A stretch of 63,072 nt of DNA, the filler included, from Octopus bimaculoides (Eukaryota), in NCBI RefSeq assembly GCF_001194135.2. It is 8 parts of 8 records of this genome, joined end to end, with 100 filler letters (N's around TTAATTAATTAA, not from the genome) between each part and the next. Parts side by side here need not be neighbours in the genome. Positions count along the whole stretch, not along the records: positions 50,777 to 63,072 come from NC_068988.1; 7 more parts are not named here. One strand, given 5' to 3'. How positions within the stretch are numbered: position 1 is the first letter of the stretch; the number at the start of each line of letters is the position of its first letter. The position numbers and the translations under genes were made by a program. A model generated the notes under the pieces. That model ran no database searches. It was given only the letters and a program-made list of their open reading frames with translations, and had not been told where the DNA came from. Positions 63,030-63,072 of this stretch are shown here, one piece after another.

Positions 63030-63072
<43 letters not shown>

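Overview
AT-rich, microsatellite-dense, gap-riddled animal genomic DNA. The SINE/LINE repertoire and simple-repeat load suggest an octopus or other cephalopod (inference). The window is not one contig: seven identical 100-bp spacers (44 N + TTAATTAATTAA + 44 N) join eight scaffold pieces, so adjacency across them is unproven. Nearly every ORF in the supplied track is an N-run or microsatellite artefact. One clear host coding exon, missed by the ORF track, is a matrix metalloproteinase pro-domain exon with the cysteine switch (36091-36215, +). It lies between two degenerate (CCCTAA)n telomere-like arrays. Two CpG-rich promoter-like regions and several splice-site-bounded candidate exons are also present. 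The rest is mobile DNA: several tRNA-derived SINE families, RTE 3' ends, R4/Dong-clade relics stacked in (TAA)n arrays, a Penelope-like GIY-YIG relic, Tc1/mariner relics and MITEs, a Helitron end, and a 1.2-kb GGAACTTTCCAGGAAG minisatellite. The most unusual signals are minimal hammerhead-ribozyme motifs: one in a tRNA-headed SINE-like element, and one beside a Penelope-type fold-back. A CpG-decay footprint is most evident in one scaffold piece (39734-43038).
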